50,832 nucleotides of DNA, taken from NCBI GenBank assembly GCA_934086395.1, contig CAKOIE010000005.1, positions 1 to 50,832 of the forward strand, in the 5' to 3' direction. The position numbers and the translations under genes are program-made. Every line of letters begins with the position of its first letter. Positions within the stretch are counted from its first letter, which is position 1. The notes beneath the pieces are model-generated. The model made no database searches and was not told the origin of the DNA. It worked only from the letters and a program-made list of their open reading frames with translations. Below are positions 1 through 7,774 of this stretch, one piece after another. The DNA comes from an uncultured Bacilli bacterium. GTDB lineage: Bacteria > Bacillota_I > Bacilli_A > RF39 > UBA660.

Positions 1-12
1 GCATTTTAATTC

Positions 13-37
13 CCACTAGCATAGCTAGTGGTTTTTT
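13..37 (+). terminator. Rho-independent terminator of a + strand gene lying upstream of the window
   Basis: Perfect 8-bp stem CCACTAGC/GCTAGTGG with an ATA loop (13-31), followed by TTTTTT (32-37). Confidence 0.6.
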
Positions 38-80
38 GTTGCTTGCCCTTTGCAAGCAACTATCCCTTAGACTTAATTAA

Positions 81-102
81 AAGACTAGTTTTTTCTAGTC
101 TT
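81..102 (-). terminator. Probable terminator hairpin downstream of the 122..982 gene
   Basis: AAGACTAG-N6-CTAGTCTT perfect 8-bp inverted repeat about 20 nt past the stop codon. The U-run is short and partly inside the stem. Confidence 0.4.
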
Positions 103-121
103 ACTGATATGTTGTAATTTG

Positions 122-982
122 TTATTTATAATAATATAAATTTAATTGTTTTTGAATATCCTTTTCTAACTTTTCAATTGTACCATCATAATATACTTTA
201 TCCATATCATTTCTTACACTTCTTGGAAATATGTTTTTCATATCCTCATAATCATCTCTTGGTATTCTTGAATCAATAACTTTATATTCATCATTAGTAT
301 GTTCTACTACAAACATATAAGGAATAGAAGAACAACTATCTTGTTTTATCTCTTTATTATCCAAATAATATCTTTCTTCTAAAACCCATGCATAAACATT
401 ATAAAGTTTATGATTGTTTTTTTCTTTTATTAAATAAGTTCTAATACTAACGAATGATTTTTCGTTTTTATATTGCTTAGGTTTACTTTCTGATTTTTCT
501 AGCAAGTAATTTTCTACTCCACTTATAATTTCTTCTTCACGAAAATCAACCATAGGAATATATTTAAATCCCCATGTGCTAAATATCACAGGATCATTAT
601 TATTCATTCTTTTAACATCTACAAAAAACATTGATCCAATTATTAAAATTATTGTTATAATTGTTCTAACTGCTATTTTAAATATCTTGTCCTTATTTAT
701 AATTCTTCTATTTGTATAATCAATTGTTTTTAAAATATTTTCTTCAAATTTACTTTGATAATCTTTCTTTTCAATTTTCTCCCCGCTAATTAATTCATTT
801 ATTGTTATGTCTAATTCCTTACACAAGGGTATCATTAATGATAAATCAGGTATCCCTCTACCATTTTCCCATTTTGATATTGCTCTATCTGTAACACCAA
901 TTTTATCAGCTAATTCTTGTTGGGTCATATTTTTTTCTCTACGCAGTTCTAAAATAAATTTTCCAATCTTTTCTTGATTCAT
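122..982 (-). CDS. Membrane-anchored XRE-family HTH transcriptional regulator with a C-terminal extracytoplasmic domain of unknown function
   Basis: 286-aa ORF with ATG preceded by AAAGGAGAA. N-terminal Cro/C1-type HTH (MTQQELADKIGVTDRAISKWENG), one hydrophobic helix (IAVRTIITIILIIGSMFFV), then about 160 aa of unknown domain. Confidence 0.8.
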   Translation of the reverse strand: MNQEKIGKFILELRREKNMTQQELADKIGVTDRAISKWENGRGIPDLSLMIPLCKELDITINELISGEKIEKKDYQSKFEENILKTIDYTNRRIINKDKIFKIAVRTIITIILIIGSMFFVDVKRMNNNDPVIFSTWGFKYIPMVDFREEEIISGVENYLLEKSESKPKQYKNEKSFVSIRTYLIKEKNNHKLYNVYAWVLEERYYLDNKEIKQDSCSSIPYMFVVEHTNDEYKVIDSRIPRDDYEDMKNIFPRSVRNDMDKVYYDGTIEKLEKDIQKQLNLYYYK

Positions 983-1067
983 AATTTCTCCTTTATCAGT
1001 CTAATTATATTATAAATTTAACATGATTACACCAAACGAAGCGTAGAGTTAATTAATTTAAAATTTG

Positions 1068-1676
1068 TTATTTACTTATAACTTTTTTATGCCAAGTTTT
1101 TTTATTACAATTAGGGCATTTCATTCTTCTTGTTCTATTAATATGCATAGAAAACAAAACACTTTTATAAGTTGGAATATATTTATAATTACATTTTGAA
1201 CATTCATAATATCCAGCAATTTGTTCAATTCTAATTGTATAACTAATTCCAATAATAAAAGGAATAGTGCCAAATACGACTAGTATTATTCTTATCCAAT
1301 TCTCCATTTGAACAAATGATGCAATAATAATGCAAAGGAACATTATTATTGAAACTATTATTCCTATAAATATTTCTAATATAAGTAATTCCCTATCTCT
1401 TTGCTCCTTAATTTTTATCATTTCAAGTAGGTTTTCTTCTAACTTTTTTTCATTATCTTTCATGTCTATAACACAGCCACTAAATAAATCATTTATGGTA
1501 ATATTTAATATCTTACATAATTCTGGAATATTAGATACATCTGGAATACAGTTTCCATTTTCCCATTTTGATATTGCTCTATCTGTCACATTTAATTTTT
1601 CTGCTAAACCACTTTGCGTTAATCCTTTTTCTTTTCTTTTTTCTTGAATAAACTTGCCAATCTTAATTTGATCCAT
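1068..1676 (-). CDS. Membrane-anchored XRE-family HTH regulator with C-terminal zinc ribbon
   Basis: 202-aa ORF with ATG preceded by AAAGGAGAAAAA. Paralogous HTH (LTQSGLAEKLNVTDRAISKWENG), two hydrophobic helices, and a CxxC...CxxC tail (CSKCNYKY...CPNCNKK). Confidence 0.8.
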   Translation of the reverse strand: MDQIKIGKFIQEKRKEKGLTQSGLAEKLNVTDRAISKWENGNCIPDVSNIPELCKILNITINDLFSGCVIDMKDNEKKLEENLLEMIKIKEQRDRELLILEIFIGIIVSIIMFLCIIIASFVQMENWIRIILVVFGTIPFIIGISYTIRIEQIAGYYECSKCNYKYIPTYKSVLFSMHINRTRRMKCPNCNKKTWHKKVISK

Positions 1677-1877
1677 TTAGTTTTTCTCCTTTCAAATAAA
1701 TTATATATTACTTATCATAGATTAAACACGAACTCATAGTTGAGTTAAGCAAATTATTTTATAAATCTTTTAATTTTTCAAAATTTTCAGGAAAATGCAT
1801 TATAGATAATAATTGACTTCTATTAAGAGAACCAATTTCTTCATCATATTTAGTAATTAAATTAGATAAGTTATCTA

Positions 1878-2687
1878 TTAACTATTGAATTTTTCTTTAC
1901 TTGAAAAGAATTTAATAGATATTAGTATGGCAAATAAATCTTTTTTACCTTGAATTATATTATTATTTTTATCTTTCTTTAAATTAAATTCTTTATGATA
2001 TCTTGTTGTTTTAATACCCAACTTATCATCAATAAATGACATAAGTATATCATCATGACAACATATATTTCTAACTCTAACAAGTAGTCTTAACATATTA
2101 GCAACTTCACTACTATTAACATTTTCATTAGTTAGTTTCTTTTTCATATAATCTTTATCATTATTTTTAGATACATAGAACATATCACGAATCATACCAA
2201 ACGATAATATTTTCATATATACCCATAATGGAACAAATGAGTGATTATTTCTATAAAACATAACTGCTTTATTTTTAATTCCAAAATCATTTAATTGTTT
2301 ATCTAAATTAAATAATGTATCTGATAAATAATTATTAAAAATATCATAATTATTATTATTCAAAATATCTTCAATTTTAAAACCATATCTTGAACTATAA
2401 TTATTTGTATAAATAGTTTTTAATTTTTGTTCTATTTCAAATATTGGATCTAAAATAACTAATTTTAACATTTTATCAAAAATATATAATGAATATATGT
2501 CTTCAAATGATGTATTATTTTTATAAGTATCATCATTGTTTTTAAAAGCAAACTTATAACCCATAATAAAATAATAGTTATTTACTTCTAATATTTGTTT
2601 AACATCATTTTCATTTTTCAGATTAATGTTTTTAGATTTAATGTTAGTTATTAATTCATCGATAGTTAAAAATGTTTTGTCTGACAT
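1878..2687 (-). CDS. Abi_2 (AbiD/AbiF-like) abortive-infection protein, apparently truncated at the C-terminus by a 1-nt deletion
   Basis: Start re-set to ATG 2687 (MSDKTFLTIDELI), which has a GAGGTGA RBS; the track start at 2726 lies inside a terminator hairpin. The sequence has Abi_2 (PF07751) character (YYFIMGYKF..., RNICCHDD). The expected C-terminal about 40 codons continue in another frame to 1759. Confidence 0.75.
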   Translation of the reverse strand: MSDKTFLTIDELITNIKSKNINLKNENDVKQILEVNNYYFIMGYKFAFKNNDDTYKNNTSFEDIYSLYIFDKMLKLVILDPIFEIEQKLKTIYTNNYSSRYGFKIEDILNNNNYDIFNNYLSDTLFNLDKQLNDFGIKNKAVMFYRNNHSFVPLWVYMKILSFGMIRDMFYVSKNNDKDYMKKKLTNENVNSSEVANMLRLLVRVRNICCHDDILMSFIDDKLGIKTTRYHKEFNLKKDKNNNIIQGKKDLFAILISIKFFSSKEKFNS

Positions 2688-2714
2688 ATAATCATCACCT
2701 CGTGTTATTATATC

Positions 2715-2746
2715 AGAAAAAGGCACAAAAGAATAATCTTTTGTGC
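2715..2746 (-). terminator. Intrinsic terminator immediately upstream of the Abi gene
   Basis: On the minus strand, GCACAAAAG-attatt-CTTTTGTGC (perfect 9-bp stem) is followed by CTTTTTCTG. A TATAAT box and the Abi RBS follow. Confidence 0.65.
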
Positions 2747-2808
2747 GCTCACTAGCAGGAAATTACATTCCTACATTTTTAATATATGAAAAACTAATAT
2801 AAATATAC

Positions 2809-2842
2809 AAAAAAAGACTGGATGACATTAGTCACTTCCAGT
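2809..2842 (-). terminator. Intrinsic terminator
   Basis: On the minus strand, ACTGGAAGTGAC-taat-GTCATCCAGT (10 bp plus a 2-nt bulge) is followed by CTTTTTTTG. It lies downstream of an ORF relic ending at 2908. Confidence 0.6.
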
Positions 2843-3250
2843 GCTCACGATTAGATAATATCAAAAAATCCAAGTGTTTGTCAATCTTTTTGATTATTCT
2901 CGAAATATCAAGCATTTAGTTGATTATTTATATAATCTTCAAGTTGAATCTTCTTATTTAAACTACCAATATAAATATCAGTATAATAATTTAATGCTAG
3001 AAATATAGTATCTTTAACAATAATCATATGAGGCACTATAAATGGTAAATTAGTCTTATGATTTTTTCTAATACAGCCATTTATAATAGTCGATTCGATA
3101 TGACAAAACTCACATATAAACTCTAATGATTACATTCTATTTCTAGTTATTGCATAATAATCTTAATCACTACAACATAATCCTTTCTTTTAAAGGAATT
3201 TTTAACAAATAAAAAATCAACCCAATTATGAGTTGAAATTTATCGTAAAT

Positions 3251-3267
3251 GTTCGAAAATTTCGAAC
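3251..3267. promoter_or_regulatory. 17-bp perfect palindrome, candidate operator
   Basis: GTTCGAAA-A-TTTCGAAC, about 190 bp upstream of the MATE start. Confidence 0.3.
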
Positions 3268-3360
3268 AAATTCATCATTGGAGCGATTAAGTAACAGCTT
3301 ACGAACCATAACATTCTCTTTCTAAAAATATTATATATGAGATCCTATTAAATTTCAATG

Positions 3361-3411
3361 AGAGTATGGAGAATTTTGTTATTCACATAGAGTATGGAGA
3401 ATTTTGTTATT
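3361..3411 (+). repeat. Two tandem copies of a 23-bp direct repeat overlapping the MATE promoter region
   Basis: AGAGTATGGAGAATTTTGTTATT occurs at 3361-3383 and 3389-3411, separated by CACAT (28-bp period). TATAAT at 3418-3423 and ATG at 3458 follow. Confidence 0.7.
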
Positions 3412-3457
3412 TTATAGTATAATTTTATTGATTTAATACTTTTTTATGGAGTGAGTT

Positions 3458-4726
3458 ATGGAAGAAATAATAAATGTTAAGTCACAATTAAAAATATCAT
3501 TACCGATAGCTTTTGAAAGTTTAATAAATATATTAATGACACTAGTAGATACATTAGTAATTTCTATAGTTGGAATAAAAGAATTAGCAGCACTTGGTGC
3601 CATGGCTGTTATATTAAATATAATGCAAATGAGCATTCAAACAATTAATGTATCTAACAATACATTAGTTGCAAAGTCTTTGGGTGAAAAAAATCTTGAT
3701 AAATTAAAATTAGTTACTGGAAATTCACTTATTTTGACATTAATAATATCTATATTTACATTAATACTAATATTTTTAATACAACCAATATTTCCACCTT
3801 TATTTAATGTAGATACTATTGCAACTACATATCTAACTATAAGATTATTTGGTTTTATACAAAGCAGTGTAGTAACTGTATTATCAGGCCATCAAAGGAC
3901 TATAGGAAATCAAAAAAGTATTTTATATTTACGAATTTTTGCCGTTATTTTAAATTTAATATTAGATATCATTAGTGTGCATTATGGATACGGAATTATA
4001 GGTGTAGCAATGATAACTGTATTTATCGATACCATACTGGAAATATATTTATGTATATATTCTAGAAAAAATGTAAAAATTAGATTTGTAAATGAATACT
4101 TTAAAGATATATTAAAATTATTTAAATGGAATTTTATTGAAAGAGTAGCGTCAAGGATAGACAATTTTATATTCAACTTAATTGTAGCAAGAATGGGTAA
4201 TTTAGAATATTCTGTTCACGTTATTCTATTACAAATTGCAAATGTATATGAGTCATTTATACAAGGATATGGTGATGGTATTACTATAAGTATAGGAATT
4301 GCATCTGGAAAAAATGATAAAAATTACATGAGTAAAGTGAAAACTGTTGCAAAGAAATTAATTAATTATAGTTCCATAATATTACCTTTTATAATACTTA
4401 GAATTTCCATTGTAATTATGAATATTTCATTAAAAGAACCTGAACTTCAAAAAATATTTTTAACAGTATTACCACTATTTTTAATTGGTTGTTATATAAC
4501 AATGTCTGCTACATATTATTTTGCTATATTAAGAGGACTTAGAGATTTTAAATTCTTAGCTAAAAGAAATATAATTAGTTCCATTATTAAAATTGTTGTA
4601 GCGACTATATTGTCATTTACTCCACTTGGAATTGTTGGTGTATGGATAGGATATTTAGTATATGGAATAATGCAAAAAGTTTTATCTAAGATAAGATATG
4701 AAAATATAAGTATAGAAAGTGAGTAA
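3458..4726 (+). CDS. MATE-family efflux transporter
   Basis: 422-aa polytopic membrane ORF with a GGAGTGAG RBS. N-terminus is typical of MatE proteins (LKISLPIAFESLINILMTLVDTLVIS), with about 12 hydrophobic segments. Confidence 0.8.
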   Translation: MEEIINVKSQLKISLPIAFESLINILMTLVDTLVISIVGIKELAALGAMAVILNIMQMSIQTINVSNNTLVAKSLGEKNLDKLKLVTGNSLILTLIISIFTLILIFLIQPIFPPLFNVDTIATTYLTIRLFGFIQSSVVTVLSGHQRTIGNQKSILYLRIFAVILNLILDIISVHYGYGIIGVAMITVFIDTILEIYLCIYSRKNVKIRFVNEYFKDILKLFKWNFIERVASRIDNFIFNLIVARMGNLEYSVHVILLQIANVYESFIQGYGDGITISIGIASGKNDKNYMSKVKTVAKKLINYSSIILPFIILRISIVIMNISLKEPELQKIFLTVLPLFLIGCYITMSATYYFAILRGLRDFKFLAKRNIISSIIKIVVATILSFTPLGIVGVWIGYLVYGIMQKVLSKIRYENISIESE

Positions 4727-4730
4727 TTAA

Positions 4731-5252
4731 ATGAATAATATATTATCAAATATCAACATTATTGAGTACAATGGAAAATATAATAAATAAATAAATGATT
4801 TTGTTAATTTATCAATGCATATTTTTATTGGAAGGCCATTTAAACAAAGAGAGGACATAATTAATATACAAGATTATTACATTGAAAAAGGTGGCAATTT
4901 TTGGATTGCGTTTGATAAAGATAAGATAGTAGGAACAATTGCACTTGAAAATAGAAATACAATTGGAATATTAAAAAGATTTTATGTTGATAAAGACTAT
5001 CAAAGATTAGGATTTGGATCATTGCTATATAATGAATTTGAAATCTACGTAAAGTCTAAGACAAATATTAAAACTATTTATCTTGCTTGTGGAAAGTCTT
5101 TTAAAGATGTTCATAACTTTTATACGAAAAAAGGTTGGAAACAAATTAATAAATTAGATATAGATATGCACTTTGCAAATAATGATGATTTCTTCAAAAA
5201 AGATTATAAAGGGTATGAGAATTCCCATAGTAGAATTTATGTAGGAGTATAA
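4731..5252 (+). pseudogene. GNAT N-acetyltransferase interrupted by an in-frame TAA at codon 20 (longest intact ORF 4815..5252)
   Basis: ATG 4731 lies 4 nt after the MATE stop. It reads MNNILSNINIIEYNGKYNK, then TAA (4788-4790), then continues in the same frame into the 145-aa ORF with a GNAT core (IVGTIALENRN...RFYVDKDYQRLGFGSLL). Confidence 0.65.
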
Positions 5253-5308
5253 ATTCAGTGCTGGCTAGACATATATTTTATTCCCATATTAAAAAATCAA
5301 AAAAAGGA

Positions 5309-5380
5309 TTAAATTATTCTGATAATTTTTTCCACTTTTTGGTCGTCAGTAGATATTCTTACATAAATATCACATCTCAT
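5309..5380 (-). pseudogene. N-terminal stub of a serine recombinase (23 codons)
   Basis: AAGGAGAAAAACT-ATG, then MRCDIYVRISTDDQKVEKIIRII-stop. YxRxSTxxQ is the catalytic-serine N-terminus of resolvase/invertase-type recombinases. The rest of the gene is absent. Confidence 0.5.
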
Positions 5381-5420
5381 AGTTTTTCTCCTTGAAAGAA
5401 AGAAAACTTTTTGAGTTTTG

Positions 5421-5459
5421 TATAAAATAAAAACTTACGAACAATTAAGTCCGTAAGTT
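5421..5459 (-). terminator. Intrinsic terminator downstream of tRNA-Gly
   Basis: On the minus strand, AACTTACG-N12-CGTAAGTT (8-bp stem) is followed by TTTTATTTTAT. Confidence 0.55.
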
Positions 5460-5468
5460 AATTTCTAA

Positions 5469-5542
<74 letters not shown>

Positions 5543-5557
5543 GTCAAATACAAACTA

Positions 5558-5587
5558 ATTATATAATAAATTAGAATGTATTTGCAA
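5558..5587 (-). promoter_or_regulatory. Putative sigma-A promoter for tRNA-Gly
   Basis: On the minus strand, TTGCAA (5582-5587), an 18-nt spacer and TATAAT (5558-5563), ending about 15 nt upstream of the mature tRNA 5' end. Confidence 0.45.
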
Positions 5588-5597
5588 GTATTTTTTG

Positions 5598-7721
5598 CTA
5601 TTTTATTAAAGAAAGTTGAACTTTTCCTTTATTTTTGTCAATATCCGATATATAAACAGTTAAAATATCTCCTACACTAACAATATCTTTAGGATCTTTA
5701 ACAAAGTTTTTGCTCATTTTAGAAATGTGTAATAATCCATCATCATGTAAACCAATATCTACAAAGGCTCCAAATGAAGCAACATTTCTAACTGTTCCTT
5801 TTAATTCCATCCCTATAGATAAATCATCAATAGTTAATACGTCACTTCTTAAAATTGTTTCTGGTGCTTCACTTCTAGGATCTAATCCGGGATTTTTTAA
5901 TTCTTTAATTATATCAGTTACTGTATAAATATCTGAATTTAATTCTTTTGTTAATCTTTCTATATCAATATTTTCTAGTTTATGTTTAAACTCTTCTGTT
6001 TTAATATCTTTAATATCTGAATTTAATAACTTTAATAATTTACTTGTTAATTCATAACTTTCAGGGTGAATTCCTGTGTTATCTAGTGGATTTACACTAT
6101 TATTAATTCTTAAGAAACCAACACATTGTTCATAAACTTTATCTGTTGTTAATTTTTTAATTTCTTCTCTTGATGTAAATTCTTTTTTTTCTTTAAATTT
6201 TTGAATTTTATTAATTACAGTAGTAGTTAAACCTGATACATATTTTAAAATAAAGTTTGAAGCAGTATTAATGTTTACTCCTACCTCGTTTACAACTTTT
6301 GATACTGTATTATCTAAGCTTTCGGTTAGTTTTTTAGAGTTTACATCATGTTGATATTCTCCTACACCAATGCTTTTTGGATCTATTTTTACAAGTTCTG
6401 AAAGTGGGTCAATAACTCTTCTTCCAATACTTACTGCACTTCTTTCTTGAACTTCATAATCAGGAAATTCTCTTTGGGCTTCTTTACTGGCAGAGTAAAC
6501 GCTTGCTCCTGCTTCACTAACTATTGTATAATAAACGTCTTTTAAATCCTTAATAGTGTTTGCTACAAATTCTTCACTTTCTCGTGATGCTGTACCATTA
6601 CCAATAGCGATTAAATTAATGTTATAAGTTTTAATTAAGTTAAGTAATTTAATTCTTGATGCTTCTTTTTCATTTTTTGGTTCATGAGGATAAATTACAT
6701 CTTTATGTAAAACGTTGCCTTTTTCATCAAGACACGCTAGTTTACAACCAGTTCTAAATGCTGGGTCAAATCCGAGAACACGATATCCTTTAACGGGTCT
6801 AGTCATAAGAAGATTTTCTAAATTATCTTTAAATACCTCGATGGCATTATCTTCTGACTTTTCAGTTAATTCACTTCTTACATCTCTTTCGATTGATGGA
6901 TATATTAATCTTTTTAGGGCATCTTTTATGGCGTCATTAACATAATCTACAACAAATGATTCTTTATTTTTAATAATTTTATTAAATAAAGAGTTAAAAA
7001 TATAATCATTATCATAATCTAATTTAACTGTTATAACATTTTCTTTCTCGGCTCTATTTATAGCTAAAACACGATATGGTTTAATGTATTTAACTTTTTC
7101 AGTAAAGTCATAGTATATTTCATATGTCTTTTTTTCATCCACAGCGTTTTTCTTTATTTTAGATACAATTGATGCATTATTCCAAATATAATTTCTGACG
7201 AATTTACGATAATAAGCATTATCACTAATCCATTCACTTATAATATATTTAGCGTTTTCTAGGGCAACATCTTTTTCAACATTAGGAACGATACCACATA
7301 ATGATTCTAAACTCCCTTTAGTAGGGAATGCCATAATTGCTTTAGCAAGTGGTTCTAATCCCATTTTAATTGCTTCAGTAGCTTTTGTTTTCTTCTTTTC
7401 TTTATATGGCAAGTATATATCTTCTACTTCAACTAATTTAGTACAGTTTAGGATATTCTTTTTGATTTCATCTGTAAGCATACCTTTTTCATCAATTAAT
7501 CTAATAACTGTTTCTTTTCTTTCCATTAAGTTATTATAATAACGATATTTTTCTTCTATTTTGGCTATTTGATTTTCATCTAATGCGCCGGTGGCTTCTT
7601 TACGATATCTGGCAATAAATGGTATTGTTGATCCTTCTTCTAAAAGAGTTAATACTGCCTTTATTTGATTTATTTTAATATTAAGTTCACTACTTAATTC
7701 TTCTATTACTATTTCATTCAT
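5598..7721 (-). CDS. tex: Tex-like transcription accessory protein (YqgF/RuvC-like, HhH and C-terminal S1 domains)
   Basis: 707 aa. N-terminus is typical of Tex (VLTLLEEGSTIPFIARYRKEATG), with a YqgF-like centre (VLGFDPAFRTGCKLA) and a C-terminal S1 domain (GMELKGTVRNVASFGAFVDIG...GLLHIS). Confidence 0.9.
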   Translation of the reverse strand: MNEIVIEELSSELNIKINQIKAVLTLLEEGSTIPFIARYRKEATGALDENQIAKIEEKYRYYNNLMERKETVIRLIDEKGMLTDEIKKNILNCTKLVEVEDIYLPYKEKKKTKATEAIKMGLEPLAKAIMAFPTKGSLESLCGIVPNVEKDVALENAKYIISEWISDNAYYRKFVRNYIWNNASIVSKIKKNAVDEKKTYEIYYDFTEKVKYIKPYRVLAINRAEKENVITVKLDYDNDYIFNSLFNKIIKNKESFVVDYVNDAIKDALKRLIYPSIERDVRSELTEKSEDNAIEVFKDNLENLLMTRPVKGYRVLGFDPAFRTGCKLACLDEKGNVLHKDVIYPHEPKNEKEASRIKLLNLIKTYNINLIAIGNGTASRESEEFVANTIKDLKDVYYTIVSEAGASVYSASKEAQREFPDYEVQERSAVSIGRRVIDPLSELVKIDPKSIGVGEYQHDVNSKKLTESLDNTVSKVVNEVGVNINTASNFILKYVSGLTTTVINKIQKFKEKKEFTSREEIKKLTTDKVYEQCVGFLRINNSVNPLDNTGIHPESYELTSKLLKLLNSDIKDIKTEEFKHKLENIDIERLTKELNSDIYTVTDIIKELKNPGLDPRSEAPETILRSDVLTIDDLSIGMELKGTVRNVASFGAFVDIGLHDDGLLHISKMSKNFVKDPKDIVSVGDILTVYISDIDKNKGKVQLSLIK

Positions 7722-7750
7722 AATTTACCTCACTTATTTTATTGTAACAT

Positions 7751-7774
7751 AAAAAAAGAGATTTTAGTCTCTTT
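7751..7774 (-). terminator. Intrinsic terminator after the 7775..9349 gene
   Basis: On the minus strand, AAAGAGA-ctaaaa-TCTCTTT is followed by TTTTAT, starting directly after the stop codon. Confidence 0.5.

Noticed and set aside
2908-3129. 74-codon open frame on the minus strand (SLEFICEFCHIESTIINGCIRKNHKTNLPFIVPHMIIVKDTIFLALNYY...) without a start codon.
   Set aside because: It looks like the C-terminal relic of a gene and is followed by a good terminator. I cannot assign a family, and it lacks a start and an RBS, so it is not reported as a feature.
3240-3314. 24-aa hydrophobic mini-ORF (MLWFVSCYLIAPMMNLFEIFEHLR) on the minus strand, considered as a type I toxin-like peptide.
   Set aside because: The RBS is weak, no antisense-RNA signature is visible, and it overlaps the palindrome that is better explained as an operator. 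The evidence is insufficient.
3361-3411. CRISPR-like direct repeats.
   Set aside because: There are only two copies separated by 5 nt, with no spacer-sized unique segments and no cas genes. It is a promoter-region duplication, not an array.
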